Shown here one piece after another: positions 57,629 through 58,181 of a stretch of DNA of 58,181 bases. The stretch's first letter is position 1, and every line of letters begins with the position of its first letter. Under the pieces are notes generated by a model. That model saw nothing but the letters and a program-made list of their open reading frames with translations, had not been told where the DNA came from and did no database searches. The DNA is from an uncultured Verrucomicrobiota bacterium (GTDB lineage: Bacteria > Verrucomicrobiota > Kiritimatiellia > CAIKKV01 > CAIJXV01): NCBI GenBank assembly GCA_964497135.1, contig CAZCDO010000003.1, forward strand, positions 1 through 58,181, given 5' to 3'. Position numbers and translations under genes: made by a program.

Positions 57629-57982
57629 ATGAAAACTCAAAAACAAAAGGCGGCGGGGGTGCTGGCCAGTCGCGCCCGCACCTTGGCGGATGCGCACCGG
57701 TCCCAGTCATCCACGCGGGTGGTGGTGGCGGTGATCGGCCGGGACCGGCCCGGGATCATGGCCGGTGTCACCGCGATCATGGCGGCGCATAACGCCAATA
57801 TCGTCGATGTCAGCCAGACGATCATGAGCGACCTCTTCACGATGCTGATGCTGGTGGAGATCGACGGGTTGAAGGGGACCTTCGCTGATCTTAAAAAGGA
57901 ATTGGAAACGCATGGGCGACGCGAGGATTTGTCGATCCTGATCCAACGCGAGGATATTTTCCGGGCCATGCACCGGGTGTGA
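57629..57982 (+). CDS. ACT-domain protein (UPF0237-like)
   Basis: VIGRDRPGI, NIVDVSQT, QREDIFRAMHRV. Confidence 0.88.
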   Translation: MKTQKQKAAGVLASRARTLADAHRSQSSTRVVVAVIGRDRPGIMAGVTAIMAAHNANIVDVSQTIMSDLFTMLMLVEIDGLKGTFADLKKELETHGRREDLSILIQREDIFRAMHRV

Positions 57983-58181
57983 CTTTTGGAGAAGGACGGG
58001 GAGGGGCTTAGACTTATAGGCTGCCAGGCCCTGAACCATGATTACGATAAAGCAGGTTTTCCCTCCCCCCGGCGCGGGGGAGGGTAGGGTGAGGGGGATC
58101 GATGGAAACCCGGGTCTCGTTTCGTCGGATCCCCCTCTCCCCGGGCCCTCCCCCGCGCCGGGGGGAGGGAGGAGCGAAAAG

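Overview
GC-rich bacterial chromosome segment; gene content suggests the PVC superphylum (Kiritimatiellae/Lentisphaerae/Verrucomicrobia-like), which is an inference. The left third is a ~17.7 kb minus-strand cluster for sulfate assimilation and siroheme synthesis: cysH, cysD, cysN(C), DUF2061, metY-like, a putative outer-membrane protein, ThiS-like sulfur carrier, MoeB-like, JAMM protease, sulfite reductase-TusA, cysK, sirC-hemA, hemC-cobA-hemD, hemB and hemL. The most striking feature is a REP-associated HUH tyrosine transposase (RAYT) with intact motifs, bracketed by REP doublets and fused in frame to the C-terminus of HemC-CobA-HemD. The rest holds potABCD, tsaE, thpR, a transglutaminase/ABC-exporter trio, mutM, glycoside hydrolases, a sulfatase, a sialidase-like protein, a PIN-Phd toxin-antitoxin pair ending in a decayed attC-like site, a 3017-aa repetitive surface protein, lemA, an M48 peptidase and an ACT protein. 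Intergenic DNA is dense with several palindromic repeat families, some nested or translated in frame. It also carries a 427-bp IS4/IS231-like MITE (18-bp TIRs, 10-bp TSD) inserted in a REP and two ~210-bp MITE-like copies flanking lemA. No rRNA, tRNA or CRISPR array was recognised.
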